From NCBI GenBank assembly GCA_963781885.1, contig CAWAHW010000002.1, forward strand, positions 1,056,001-1,120,000: a DNA stretch of 64,000 nucleotides, written 5' to 3'. The notes under the pieces were generated by a model. It saw only the letters and a program-made list of their open reading frames with translations, was not told where the DNA came from and did no database searches. How positions within the stretch are numbered: position 1 is the first letter of the stretch; every line of letters starts with the position of its first letter. Positions 51,131 to 60,906 of this stretch are shown here, piece by piece. Both the position numbers and the translations under genes were made by a program. The stretch comes from an uncultured Spirochaetota bacterium (GTDB taxonomy: Bacteria; Spirochaetota; Spirochaetia; SZUA-6; Fen-1364).

Positions 51131-52285
51131 GTGAAAAAAACGCTTCGGATTTTCGGCATCATCCTGGGGCTCGTCGTCCCCGCGCTGCTCGCAATGGGCG
51201 CCGACAAGCCGGTGAAGCTCAGCATCATCGACGTCGCGGGCAACCTGCAGCTCTCCAAGCCCGCCATTGAGGCATTCAAGACTGCCAACCCGCAGCTGGT
51301 CTCGGACATCGAGTACATCATCCTGACGGCGCCCGAGCTCGTGGCGAAGATCAAGGCCCAGCAGATGGCCGGCAACCTTGACACCACGATGGTGCTCACG
51401 GGCTACGACGGCATGGCGGCGGGCAAGGAACAGGGCGTGTGGGTTCAGCTCATGCCCAAGTACAAGGACGTGTTCCAGAAGTCGATCGACAACTACGTGA
51501 CCGGCGCGAAGGCGGCCTACGACCTGTTCGGCGGCTACGGGATCACCTACGTGTTCTGCCCCGGCGGGCCGATGTTCACGTACAATCCCGACAAGGTGCC
51601 CAACCCGCCCAAGACGGCCGCGGACCTCCTGGCATGGGCGAAGGCGAACCCCGGCAAGTTCCTCTATGCGCGGCCGGCGAACTCGGGACCGGGTCGCGCG
51701 TTCCTGCAGGGTCTGCCGTTCATCCTCGGGGACACGAACCCCAAGGACCCGGCCACCTGGGACAAGACGTGGGCGTATCTGAAGGAAATGGACAATTACG
51801 TCGACTACTATCCGTCGGGCACGGGCATCACGTACAAGGAGCTCGCGGAAGGCACGCGGTGGATCATCGCCAGCCATCTCGGCTGGGACATGAACCAGCG
51901 CATCCTTGCCACCATTCCCCCCAATTACCAGGCATTCTTCCTTGACAAGACCACCTGGGTCAATGACAGCCAGTTCATCGTGGTGCCAAAGGGCCTGGAC
52001 CCGGCGCGCGAGAAGGCAACCATCGCGCTCATGGCGTGGCTCATGGAACCGGCCCAGCAGGCAATTACCTACGACAACGGGTACTTCTACCCGGGACCCG
52101 CCATCAAGGGCGTTCCCCTGAGCGCGGCGCCGCAGGCGAACCAGAATGCCATCAAGGCCTTCGTGCGCCAGGCGTATGAAGACGCCATCGTCAAGCTTCC
52201 CAACACGACGCAGCTCGATGCGAAACCGCTCGTCGCTGCATTCGACATGTGGGACAAGCTTGTCGGATCGAAGATCAAGAAATAG
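51131..52285 (+). CDS. ABC transporter substrate-binding protein (PotD/AfuA-like)
   Basis: Signal peptide; YNPDKVPNPPKT, ELAEG; adjacent ABC genes. Confidence 0.85.
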   Translation: MKKTLRIFGIILGLVVPALLAMGADKPVKLSIIDVAGNLQLSKPAIEAFKTANPQLVSDIEYIILTAPELVAKIKAQQMAGNLDTTMVLTGYDGMAAGKEQGVWVQLMPKYKDVFQKSIDNYVTGAKAAYDLFGGYGITYVFCPGGPMFTYNPDKVPNPPKTAADLLAWAKANPGKFLYARPANSGPGRAFLQGLPFILGDTNPKDPATWDKTWAYLKEMDNYVDYYPSGTGITYKELAEGTRWIIASHLGWDMNQRILATIPPNYQAFFLDKTTWVNDSQFIVVPKGLDPAREKATIALMAWLMEPAQQAITYDNGYFYPGPAIKGVPLSAAPQANQNAIKAFVRQAYEDAIVKLPNTTQLDAKPLVAAFDMWDKLVGSKIKK

Positions 52286-52362
52286 GATTGTGAGGATCGG
52301 CGGACGCCGGCAGGACGGCCGGCGCCCGCAATCCCGCTCAGGTTGAGGTGAGGGAAGAGCCT

Positions 52363-53493
52363 ATGAAAGAGTTTCGCCAATTCTCGATCAGGAACCTGAC
52401 AAAGGAGTATGACGGCAAGACCGCGTTGTCCGATTTCTCCCTTGAGATCGGTCATGGGGAGTTCGTCACGTTCCTGGGCCCGTCGGGATGCGGAAAGTCG
52501 ACGGCGCTGAACTGCATCGCCGGCCTCATCCCCCTCACGGGCGGGGGCATCTATATCGACGACGAATGCGTGGACGACGCGGCAACGAAGATCCCGCCGG
52601 AAAAGCGCGAGTTCGGCATGGTGTTCCAGAACTACGCCCTCTTCCCGCACCTCACCGTGTTCCAGAACGTCGCCTTCGGGCTCCATCTCCGCCGGGCGCC
52701 GAAGGCCGTCATCGAAGAGAAGGTCGCCGCGGCGCTGAAGCTGGTCCACCTCGAGGGCCACGAGCAGAAGTATCCCACGCAGATGTCGGGCGGGGAGCAG
52801 CAGCGCGTGGCCATCGCGCGGTGCATCGTGCTGGAGCCGCGCCTGCTCATGCTCGACGAGCCGCTGTCCAACCTGGATGCGAAGCTGCGCGGGGAGATGC
52901 GCAACGAGATCCTTTCGCTCCACACGCGGCTGCGCGTGACGACGATCTACGTCACGCACGACCAGCAGGAGGCGCTCGCCCTCTCTGACCGGATCGTCGT
53001 CATGCGCCTGGGCCGCATCCAGCAGGTGGGAACGCCGGTGGAGATATATTCGGATCCCGCGAATCTGTTCGTCGCGAACTTCATGGGCTTCAAGAACATC
53101 TGGCAGGCGGAGCTCCAGTCCCTCACGAGAAGCGATTCCGGGCTCGATGCGACCGTCACCCTGGACGGCATCTCGCTGCGGGCGCGGCTGCACTACAAGC
53201 CGGGCGATCCCCGGCGGACGCGGCTGGAGGATGCCTTTGCCGGCGCGAAGAAGGTGTGGACGGCGATTCGCCCGGAGGACATCGACGTCGGCGCGCGCGA
53301 GGGGGGGAATCACCTCCAGTCGAACGTGATCCTCGTGGAGTACCAGGGCCAGACGAGTCTCGTGAGCGCCATGCTGGGGCGCGACATGCTCCTGGAGCTG
53401 CGGCCGGCGGCGAAGATGAGCGTCGGGGACACCGTGAAGCTGAGCGTCGACCCGCAAAAGGTGTTTCTTTTCGCGGACACCAGGGAGGACTGA
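52363..53493 (+). CDS. ABC transporter ATP-binding protein (PotA-like)
   Basis: GPSGCGKST, MSGGEQQR, LDEPLSNLD, YVTHDQ. Confidence 0.95.
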   Translation: MKEFRQFSIRNLTKEYDGKTALSDFSLEIGHGEFVTFLGPSGCGKSTALNCIAGLIPLTGGGIYIDDECVDDAATKIPPEKREFGMVFQNYALFPHLTVFQNVAFGLHLRRAPKAVIEEKVAAALKLVHLEGHEQKYPTQMSGGEQQRVAIARCIVLEPRLLMLDEPLSNLDAKLRGEMRNEILSLHTRLRVTTIYVTHDQQEALALSDRIVVMRLGRIQQVGTPVEIYSDPANLFVANFMGFKNIWQAELQSLTRSDSGLDATVTLDGISLRARLHYKPGDPRRTRLEDAFAGAKKVWTAIRPEDIDVGAREGGNHLQSNVILVEYQGQTSLVSAMLGRDMLLELRPAAKMSVGDTVKLSVDPQKVFLFADTRED

Positions 53494-53497
53494 CGTC

Positions 53498-54355
53498 ATG
53501 CGCAAAGGCTCGTGGCGAGGCACGTTCCTCCTGCTCCTCCCGGCGACGACCTTCGTCGCGCTGCTCTTCGTCTACCCGTTCATCTACGGGCTGATCCTGA
53601 GCCTCACGGACGCGTCGGGCGCATTCACCGGCCAGAACTTCGTGCACTTCTTCAGCGACTGGTGGGAGAGGCGCACGATCGGGGTCACGCTGTGGATCTC
53701 CCTGCCGGCGACCCTCATCAACGTGATCCTCGCGATCCCGTTTGCCTACTACATGCGCCACGGCAAGCGCGGGGAGAAGATCATCACCTTCTTCCTGATC
53801 ATGCCGCTCACCCTGGGGACGGTGCTCGTCTCCGAAGGCATGCTGACATTCATGGGGCCCAACGGGTGGCTCAACCACTTCATCATGTTCCTGGGCATCG
53901 TGCACCAGCCGGTGCGCTTCACGCACAACTACCTCGGGGTGCTCCTGTCGCTCGTGATCCAGGGCTTTCCGTTCGCCTTCCTCATGATCCTCGGCTACGT
54001 GTCGGGCATCAATCCGGACCTCGAGAAGGCCAGCCAGATGCTGGGAGCGAACAAGCTGCAGACATTCATCCGCGTGCTTTTCCCGCTCATGGTGCCGGGC
54101 ATCGCGATCTGCTTCTGCCTGAACTTCGTGATGGCCTTCTCCGTCTTCCCGTCCGCCGTGCTCCTGGGCGAGCCCTCCGGGCCGACGCGCGTCATCGCCT
54201 ACGCGGCCTACCAGTGGGCATTCGAGAAATTCGATTTCAACATGGCCTCGGCGATCTCCATGACAATGGCCGTCATCGAGCTGCTCGTCATCTCCGTCGT
54301 CCTCGTCTGGCGGAACACGACGTATCGCGGCGCTTCCATGGTGGGAAAGGGTTAA
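53498..54355 (+). CDS. ABC transporter permease
   Basis: About 6 TMs; LEKASQMLGA EAA-like loop. Confidence 0.9.
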   Translation: MRKGSWRGTFLLLLPATTFVALLFVYPFIYGLILSLTDASGAFTGQNFVHFFSDWWERRTIGVTLWISLPATLINVILAIPFAYYMRHGKRGEKIITFFLIMPLTLGTVLVSEGMLTFMGPNGWLNHFIMFLGIVHQPVRFTHNYLGVLLSLVIQGFPFAFLMILGYVSGINPDLEKASQMLGANKLQTFIRVLFPLMVPGIAICFCLNFVMAFSVFPSAVLLGEPSGPTRVIAYAAYQWAFEKFDFNMASAISMTMAVIELLVISVVLVWRNTTYRGASMVGKG

Positions 54356-54359
54356 GCAT

Positions 54360-55178
54360 ATGCAGCTTCGAAAAGGCGTTCTCTCCAGCATCCTGTTCTA
54401 CCTCGCGATGGTGATCTTCGTCGCGATCGTCCTGGGAATCCTGCTCACCGTGGTCCTGAACTCCGTCTCCAAGGGTTGGTACACGGGGGCGCTGCCGAAG
54501 TACCTGACCGGCGAATGGTACACGTACGTGGCGTCGGAGCACGACATCCCCCAGCTGCTCTTCGTCACCTTTGCCGTGGCCTTCTCCGTCGTCGTGATTG
54601 CCATCCTGATCGCTTTCCCGGCCGCCTACGCGCTGAGCCGCCGCGAGTTCAAGGGGAAGAACGTGCTCCTGTCGCTCTTCCTCCTGCCGATGATCGTCCC
54701 GCCGATGACCTACGGCATCCCGCTGGCGGTCATGCTGTACAAGACCCACCTCGCCACGCGCCTCAGCGGCGTGATCCTGTCGAATCTCGTGCCCATCGTG
54801 CCGTTCGTGATCCTCGTCCTCATGCCCTTCATCGAGCAGGTGGGCGTGAACCTGGAATCCGCCGCGAAAATGCTCGGCGCCCGGCGCCTCACGGTCTTCC
54901 GCAAGATCCTCATCCCGCTCACGCTGCCGGGCATCCTCACCGCGGGGATCCTCTCCATCGTCCGCACGATCTCCATGTTCGAGCTCACCTATCTGGTGGC
55001 AGGCGGGAAGACGCAGACGATCGTCACGGCGCTGTACTCCGATGCCTATGCGGCCGGCGCGCGGCCGCCCCAGGCGGTGGACGCGCTTGCCGTCATCTAC
55101 TTCCTGACGACCATGGTGTGCCTGCTCGTGGCTCTCCGGTTCGTGAGCCCCACACAGATGGTGTTCAAGATCAAATAG
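54360..55178 (+). CDS. ABC transporter permease
   Basis: About 6 TMs; LESAAKMLGA. Confidence 0.9.
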   Translation: MQLRKGVLSSILFYLAMVIFVAIVLGILLTVVLNSVSKGWYTGALPKYLTGEWYTYVASEHDIPQLLFVTFAVAFSVVVIAILIAFPAAYALSRREFKGKNVLLSLFLLPMIVPPMTYGIPLAVMLYKTHLATRLSGVILSNLVPIVPFVILVLMPFIEQVGVNLESAAKMLGARRLTVFRKILIPLTLPGILTAGILSIVRTISMFELTYLVAGGKTQTIVTALYSDAYAAGARPPQAVDALAVIYFLTTMVCLLVALRFVSPTQMVFKIK

Positions 55179-55295
55179 GGTGTTCTGCAGCCTGGATCGA
55201 CGTGACGGGTAACACCGGGCGGGTCGAGCGAAGGTGCATCTCAAGAATGGCGGCTGTAACGACGGCCGCCGCTTGAGAGTGCCAGAGGCAGGGTC

Positions 55296-55388
55296 TTACT
55301 TCTTCTTGCTTCTGTTCTTGCCCTTTTTCCCCCGGCTTTTCTTGCGCATCTTGAGGCTCCATGTCTTGTTCCAGCTCACCTTGGCCAT
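55296..55388 (-). CDS. 30-aa Lys/Arg-rich small protein
   Basis: MAKVSWNKTWSLKMRKKSRGKKGKNRSKKK; AGGAGG SD upstream; intergenic. Confidence 0.65.
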   Translation of the reverse strand: MAKVSWNKTWSLKMRKKSRGKKGKNRSKKK

Positions 55389-55519
55389 GCGGCCCTCCTG
55401 TCGTGAAGTGCGTGCATCCTACCGTAAGCGCCCAACCCTTGACAAGAGCCGGTCCGGGAGGCTATACGTAGCCGTCGCCGTTTCTTTTCGGCAGTACGTG
55501 GCCCTGCGGCGGCGCGAGT

Positions 55520-55591
<72 letters not shown>

Positions 55592-55673
55592 GAGGGGCTG
55601 GCGGCGTGCGGTGGACCGCATGGGGCCGGCCCGTTTTTCAGGAGGAACCCGATCAGGCCGATCCGTCGCTGTC

Positions 55674-57132
55674 ATGAAGGCAACCGTGGCTGAAGCGTCG
55701 CGTCTCACCGGCGCAATCGACGGCCTGCGGGTCCATCTCGTCGGCATCAAGGGAACCGGCATGGCGGCGCTCGCGGAGGTTTTGCGGGCCCGGGGCGCGC
55801 GCGTGAGCGGCAGCGACACGACGGAGAAGTTCTACACCGACGCGGTCCTCCAGCGCCTGGGCATTCCCTTCCGCGAAGGCTTTGCCGCCGGGAATCTGCC
55901 TGCCGACGTCGACCTTGTCGTCCATTCCGCCGCCTACCGCCGCGAAGAGAATCCCGAGCTCGTCGCCGCAGCGGGGAAGGGAATACCCCTTCTCCTGTAC
56001 CCCGAGGCGCTGGGCGCCCTGTCTCTCTCTTCTGACGCAAGCGGAATAAGCGGCGTGCACGGCAAATCGACGACAACCGCGATGTGCGGCATCATCGCGC
56101 GGGAGTGGGCGCTTCCCGCGACGGTGCTCGTCGGCGCAGAGGTCCCTGGCTTCGGCTGCAGGTCGACCCTGGTGCAGGGTGACCGGTACCTCGTTGCCGA
56201 AACCTGTGAATACCGCCGTCATTTCCTGTACTTCCATCCCCGGCGCATCGTCATCACCAGCATCGAGCCCGATCACCTGGACTACTTCCGTGACCTGGAG
56301 GACATGCTGCAGGCATTCGATGAGTACGGCAGCCTTGTTGCCCCGTCGGGGGCCGTGGTCTTCTGCCACGACGACCCCGGCGCGCGTGAAGCGGCGCGAA
56401 GAATTGGGGCCCGGCGGGCCGATCTGGCGATGATCCCCTATGGACGGAGCGCGACTGGAGCCTTTCGCATCGATGACGAGCCTCCTTCCGCCGGGGCGAG
56501 CGGGTTTCGGCTCTCTGGAAGCGATACGGTGTTCACGCTGCAGGTGCCGGGCCGGCGACAATGTCCTCAATGCCGCAGCCGCCCTTGCCCTTTGCAGCCT
56601 GCTCTGGAAGGACGAACGGGCGAAAGAGCCGGTGGACTTCCCGGGCGCGGCGCGGGCCCTTTCGGGATTTCGGGGCAGCCGCAGGCGGAGCGAGATCGTC
56701 GGTGAGGCCGGCGGCGTGCTTTTCATGGACGACTACGCGCATCACCCGACCGCCATCGAAAAAACTCTGGCGGGCATCCGTGAGTTCCACCCGGATCGAA
56801 GGCTGATAGTCGATTTCATGTCGCATACCTATTCCCGGACACAGGCGCTGCTTGCCGATTTCGCGCGCTGCTTTGCGCCGGCGGACAAGGTCTGGCTGCA
56901 TCGCATCTACGCCTCCGCCCGCGAGCAGAACGCGTCCGGCATCAGCGGGGCGGACCTCGCCCGCGAGGTGTCCCGGCATCACGGCGACGTCGTCTACATC
57001 GAAGAGCCGGCGGACGCGATTCCCCTGATCGCGGGCGACCTGCGGGTCGGAGACCTGTTTGTCACGATGGGGGCGGGGGACAACTGGAAAATCGGGCGCG
57101 AGCTCCTGCGTCTGAGAGAGGGAGCACAATGA
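55674..57132 (+). CDS. murC: UDP-N-acetylmuramate-L-alanine ligase (frameshift ~56550)
   Basis: GIKGTGMAALA, GVHGKSTTT, IEPDHLDY; NVLNA, DDYAHHPT, TMGAGD in the next frame. Confidence 0.9.
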
Positions 57133-57995
57133 CGAGCATGACCGGCTTCGGCCACGGCGAGCATCGGGACAGCAGGGTGCAGATGGTGCTGGAGATACGC
57201 TCGTACAACAACCGCTATCTCGAGCTCTTCATCAACCTGCCCTACAGCATGAAGCAGCTCGAGCCGCTGGTCCGGGAGTACCTGTCGGCGCGCATCCAGC
57301 GCGGCAAGGTGGAGTTCTATCTCTCCGTCACGGAGCTGGAAGACGCGAGCGACGTCGTGGTGGACCACGCGCGGGTGAGGACGTACATGACGGCCCTCGA
57401 CGAGCTGCGCCGCGCGTCAGGTCTGAAGGAACGGCCGAGCCTTTCGCAATTGATGAACCTCGAGGGAGTCCTGAAAACCGTGAGCAGGAAGGACCCCGAG
57501 GCGCTCTGGGGCCTCGTCACGCCGCTCCTGGACAAGGTATTCGCCGACTTCGACTCCTCCCGTGCCGTGGAAGGCAGAAAGACCGAGGCGGATATCAGGA
57601 AATGCGCCGCACAGATCCACGCGAGCCTTGCAGTGATCGAAACGCACGTGCCCGAGATCGAGGCGAAGATCAGGACCGGACTGGCGGAAAGGTTTCGCGA
57701 GCTGCTCGGCGAGGGGGTGGACGAATCGCGCATCATGGCCGAGACTGCCGTCCAGCTCATGCGGGCCGACATCAACGAGGAGGTGCAGCGCATGAAGGCG
57801 CACCTGGAGAGTCTCGATGACGCGCTGGGGCGGCAGGGACCCCAGGGGAAGCGGCTGGACTTCGTCTGCCAGGAACTGGGCAGGGAGATCAACACCATCG
57901 GGTCGAAGAGCATGCTGCTGGAGATCGACCAGGCCGTGATCGCGGTGAAGGACAGCCTTGAAAAGGTCAGGGAGCAGCTCCGCAATGTCGAATAG
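57129..57995 (+). CDS. yicC: YicC/YloC family endoribonuclease
   Basis: SMTGFG, IRSYNNRYL, GKRLDF, REINTIGSK, REQLRNVE. Confidence 0.92.
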   Translation: MTSMTGFGHGEHRDSRVQMVLEIRSYNNRYLELFINLPYSMKQLEPLVREYLSARIQRGKVEFYLSVTELEDASDVVVDHARVRTYMTALDELRRASGLKERPSLSQLMNLEGVLKTVSRKDPEALWGLVTPLLDKVFADFDSSRAVEGRKTEADIRKCAAQIHASLAVIETHVPEIEAKIRTGLAERFRELLGEGVDESRIMAETAVQLMRADINEEVQRMKAHLESLDDALGRQGPQGKRLDFVCQELGREINTIGSKSMLLEIDQAVIAVKDSLEKVREQLRNVE

Positions 57996-58539
57996 CCCCG
58001 CACCGGTCCCGCGCCTGCGCATCGCCATATCGGGCAAGAGCGGCTGCGGCAACTCGACGGTCTCCCGGCTCGTTGCCGCCCGGCTGGGACTGCGGATGGT
58101 GAACTACACCTTCAAGGACCTTGCCCGCGACAAGGGGATGAGCTTCGAGGAGATCTGCGTGAAGGCGGAGGAGGATCCGCAGTACGATCTCACGATCGAC
58201 CGCATGCAGGTGCAGCTCGCCGAGCAGGGCGGCTGCGTGCTGGGCTCACGCCTGGCGATATGGCTGCTGCGCGACACTGCCTTCACGGTCTACCTGAATG
58301 CCCCCATCCAGGTGCGCGCGGCGCGCATCGCGCAGCGGGAGGGCAAGGACATCGCCGTCGCTATGCGGGAAACCGTGGAGAGGGACAACCGCGATCACGA
58401 CCGCTACGCGCGCCTTTACGGCTACGACGTGAACCGCTACGATTTTGCCGCCCTGGTGGTGGACGCGGAGTCGCTCGGGCAGGAAGCCGTGGCGCAGGAG
58501 ATCGTGGACCATGCCGCCGAGATGAACGCGCACCGCTAG
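57985..58539 (+). CDS. cmk: Cytidylate kinase, short (archaeal/spirochete) type
   Basis: IAISGKSGCGNST, VLGSRLA, RAARIAQRE, RYARLYGYD. Confidence 0.8.
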   Translation: MSNSPAPVPRLRIAISGKSGCGNSTVSRLVAARLGLRMVNYTFKDLARDKGMSFEEICVKAEEDPQYDLTIDRMQVQLAEQGGCVLGSRLAIWLLRDTAFTVYLNAPIQVRAARIAQREGKDIAVAMRETVERDNRDHDRYARLYGYDVNRYDFAALVVDAESLGQEAVAQEIVDHAAEMNAHR

Positions 58540-58632
58540 CACGGCCACGTGGTCCGTGGCATTTCGGCCGGGAGCTCGCGGCCACCGATTGCGCTTGTAT
58601 TGTCGCAGGAAACCTGCTATTCTTTATCCACC

Positions 58633-58827
58633 ATGGTATTACCTCTCGCTCTCCTGGAAAGCTTCCAGGGAAACATTTATGAAATGACCTGCGCGGCAAT
58701 GAAGCGCGGAATCCAGATCAATCTCGCGGGCGACGACGAGCTGGAAGCGAACAGGGGAAAAATCGTGTCCACGGCGCTGAAGCAGATCCTCACGCAGAAG
58801 GTCAGGTATCGGCACCCGGAGGCCTGA
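58633..58827 (+). CDS. rpoZ: RNA polymerase omega subunit
   Basis: NIYEMTCAAMKRG...KIVSTALKQI; yicC-kinase-rpoZ context; TTGTAT-17-TATTCT promoter. Confidence 0.75.
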   Translation: MVLPLALLESFQGNIYEMTCAAMKRGIQINLAGDDELEANRGKIVSTALKQILTQKVRYRHPEA

Positions 58828-59737
58828 CGAAACACCTCCCGTCATCGTTCTCTTCGGACCCACGGCTGTCGGCAAATCGGATCTGCTCGTCTCTCTCCTG
58901 GATGACCGCTTCGAGCTCATCAGCGCGGATTCCATGCAGGTCTACCGTCACATGGACATCGGCACGGCAAAGCCGTCCGCGGCCAATCGCGCGCAGCTTC
59001 CGCATCACCTCGTCGACGTGGCGGAGCCGTCCGAGCAGTATAACGTCGGCAGGTTCGTGATGGAGGCGGAGGCCCTGCTGCCGTCCATCCGCGAGCGCGG
59101 TCACGTGCCGGTGGTGGCGGGCGGCACGGCATTCTACATCACGAGCTTCCTTTTCGGTCTTCCCGAGGCGCCGCCGGTAACTGCCGCGACCCGGGAGCGC
59201 TTTCGCGCCGTTGAAAAGGGGCAGGGGCCCGAGGTCCTCTTCCGCATGCTCGCGGAACGCGACCCCGAGGCGGCGGCGCGCATCCAGAGGAACGACCGCT
59301 ACAGGATTGCCCGTGCGCTTGAGGTCATCGAGGACACCGGTCGATCCCTTTTTTCGTTTCGTTGGCCCCGCGCCGTGCGGCAGGACATGCGCTTTCTCAT
59401 CATCGGGCTGGAGAGGCCGCGAGCAGAGATCTACCGGAGGATCGACGAAAGGGTGCGGCGCATGTTCGAGGCAGGGCTTCTCGCGGAAGCGACGATGCTC
59501 CTGGAAAGAGGCTTCGGACCGTCAGCCCCCGGGATGCGGGGGATCGGCTATCGGGAGCTGCTGCGGATGCGCAATGGCTGCCAAACGCTCGCCGAGGTGG
59601 AGGCGAGCATCGCCGCGTCGACGCGGCGCTACGCGAAGCGTCAGCTCACGTTCTTTCGCTCGGTTCCCGGAGTGCTTTGGACGAGCCCGGACGACCCCGA
59701 GGCGCTGCGGCGCCGTATCGACGGCTTCCTTGCGTGA
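58823..59737 (+). CDS. miaA: tRNA dimethylallyltransferase (start codon unresolved)
   Basis: FGPTAVGKS, SADSMQVY, GTAKP, GGTAFY, YAKRQLTFF. Confidence 0.9.
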   Translation, partial: PDETPPVIVLFGPTAVGKSDLLVSLLDDRFELISADSMQVYRHMDIGTAKPSAANRAQLPHHLVDVAEPSEQYNVGRFVMEAEALLPSIRERGHVPVVAGGTAFYITSFLFGLPEAPPVTAATRERFRAVEKGQGPEVLFRMLAERDPEAAARIQRNDRYRIARALEVIEDTGRSLFSFRWPRAVRQDMRFLIIGLERPRAEIYRRIDERVRRMFEAGLLAEATMLLERGFGPSAPGMRGIGYRELLRMRNGCQTLAEVEASIAASTRRYAKRQLTFFRSVPGVLWTSPDDPEALRRRIDGFLA

Positions 59738-59873
59738 CACGACCCCGGTCAAGCACTTGACCTTTGCGCGGGAAATCCGCATAGTCACTGTCTGGCATTG
59801 CGCGCCACGACAACTGCGTGGATGTGCGGCGCAATGGGCGAGCTTATACAAATAACCGAAAGGAGTAGGCGCT

Positions 59874-59969
59874 GTGCCTTGCGGCAGGAAACGGAAGCGA
59901 CACAAGATTGCAACTCATAAAAGGAAGAAGAAGCTGAGGGCCAACCGGCATAAGAAGAAGCTGCGGTAG
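59874..59969 (+). CDS. Small basic ribosomal protein, bS22 / AURKAIP1-COX24 (mS38-like) family
   Basis: MPCGRKRKRHKIATHKRKKKLRANRHKKKLR; AAGGAG SD, GTG start. Confidence 0.85.
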   Translation: MPCGRKRKRHKIATHKRKKKLRANRHKKKLR

Positions 59970-60044
59970 CGCGGCCTCCGGAGAGCAAATGCCACGAAAC
60001 TGCACGGAGTGCCGTGCAAGATACCGTGGCCGAGGAGAGGGACG

Positions 60045-60830
60045 GTGAAAGCTGCACGGGTCATTCTGCCTGTCCTGCTTTTTGCCGCGATCGTGCCGGC
60101 AGGGGCGGAGAGTCTGTGGACTCCCGATTTCAAGGGTTACCTGTCCGGCAGCAAGGGTCTGGCCGTGGGCGATGCCCTGGTTGTCCAGATCGACGCCTCC
60201 TCCTCGCTCTCTTTCTCATCCTCCAGCAACGATTCGAAGAATCTCACACTCGAGTTCACCGGCGGCGACGCCGGTAACTTGTTCTCATTTCTTCCTCAAG
60301 TGCGCACGGGCGGCGCGCTGAGCACGACGGGTAAGGACTCCCTCAGCCTGAAGACGCAGGTCCCCGTTGTCGTGACAGCCATCAATCCTGACGGAACGGC
60401 CCAGGTCCAGGGCTCGAGGACCGTCGCCATCCAGGGGAAGAATGAATCGATCACCATTGCGGGATCCGTCTCACCGAGCCTCCTCGACCAGCAGGGCGTG
60501 GTCAATTTCAACAAGCTTGCAAACGCGCGGCTCACCTACACCACGTTCCTCGCCTCGGCCAAGGATATCCTGAGCGCCGCCGATCTCCAGACCCTGCTGG
60601 CCCCTGCCGCGGCGGCTGGCGCCGCAACGACGGCCGCTGCCCCGGCCGCCGCGGCAGCGGGAAATGCTGCCAAGCCTGCGGCACCCGCGGCTGCGGCTGG
60701 AGCAACGCCAGCGACGGCTGCCGCCGCCACGACCCCCGCCCAGACGGGCCTTGCCATTCCCGATGCGCGCAAAAAAGAGCTCCTGCTCTTGTATCTGAAC
60801 CGGCTCATCGACATCGTATTCAACCAGTAG
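60045..60830 (+). CDS. FlgH (flagellar L-ring)-like protein
   Basis: SLW, AVGDALVVQI, VVVTAINPDGTAQVQGSRTV, ITIAGSVSP, LANARLTY follow the FlgH pattern; no lipobox Cys. Confidence 0.65.
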   Translation: MKAARVILPVLLFAAIVPAGAESLWTPDFKGYLSGSKGLAVGDALVVQIDASSSLSFSSSSNDSKNLTLEFTGGDAGNLFSFLPQVRTGGALSTTGKDSLSLKTQVPVVVTAINPDGTAQVQGSRTVAIQGKNESITIAGSVSPSLLDQQGVVNFNKLANARLTYTTFLASAKDILSAADLQTLLAPAAAAGAATTAAAPAAAAAGNAAKPAAPAAAAGATPATAAAATTPAQTGLAIPDARKKELLLLYLNRLIDIVFNQ

Positions 60831-60906
60831 CTGCACCTGCCCGCGGGCGACGGGCAAAACTTGGTCTGGCTTGACCTTGCATGAAGCCCATTTTAGAATC
60901 CAGGCC

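Noticed and set aside
60595-60745. GCC/GCG-rich repeat
   Set aside because: It encodes an Ala/Pro/Thr linker within the FlgH-like protein and is not a DNA repeat element
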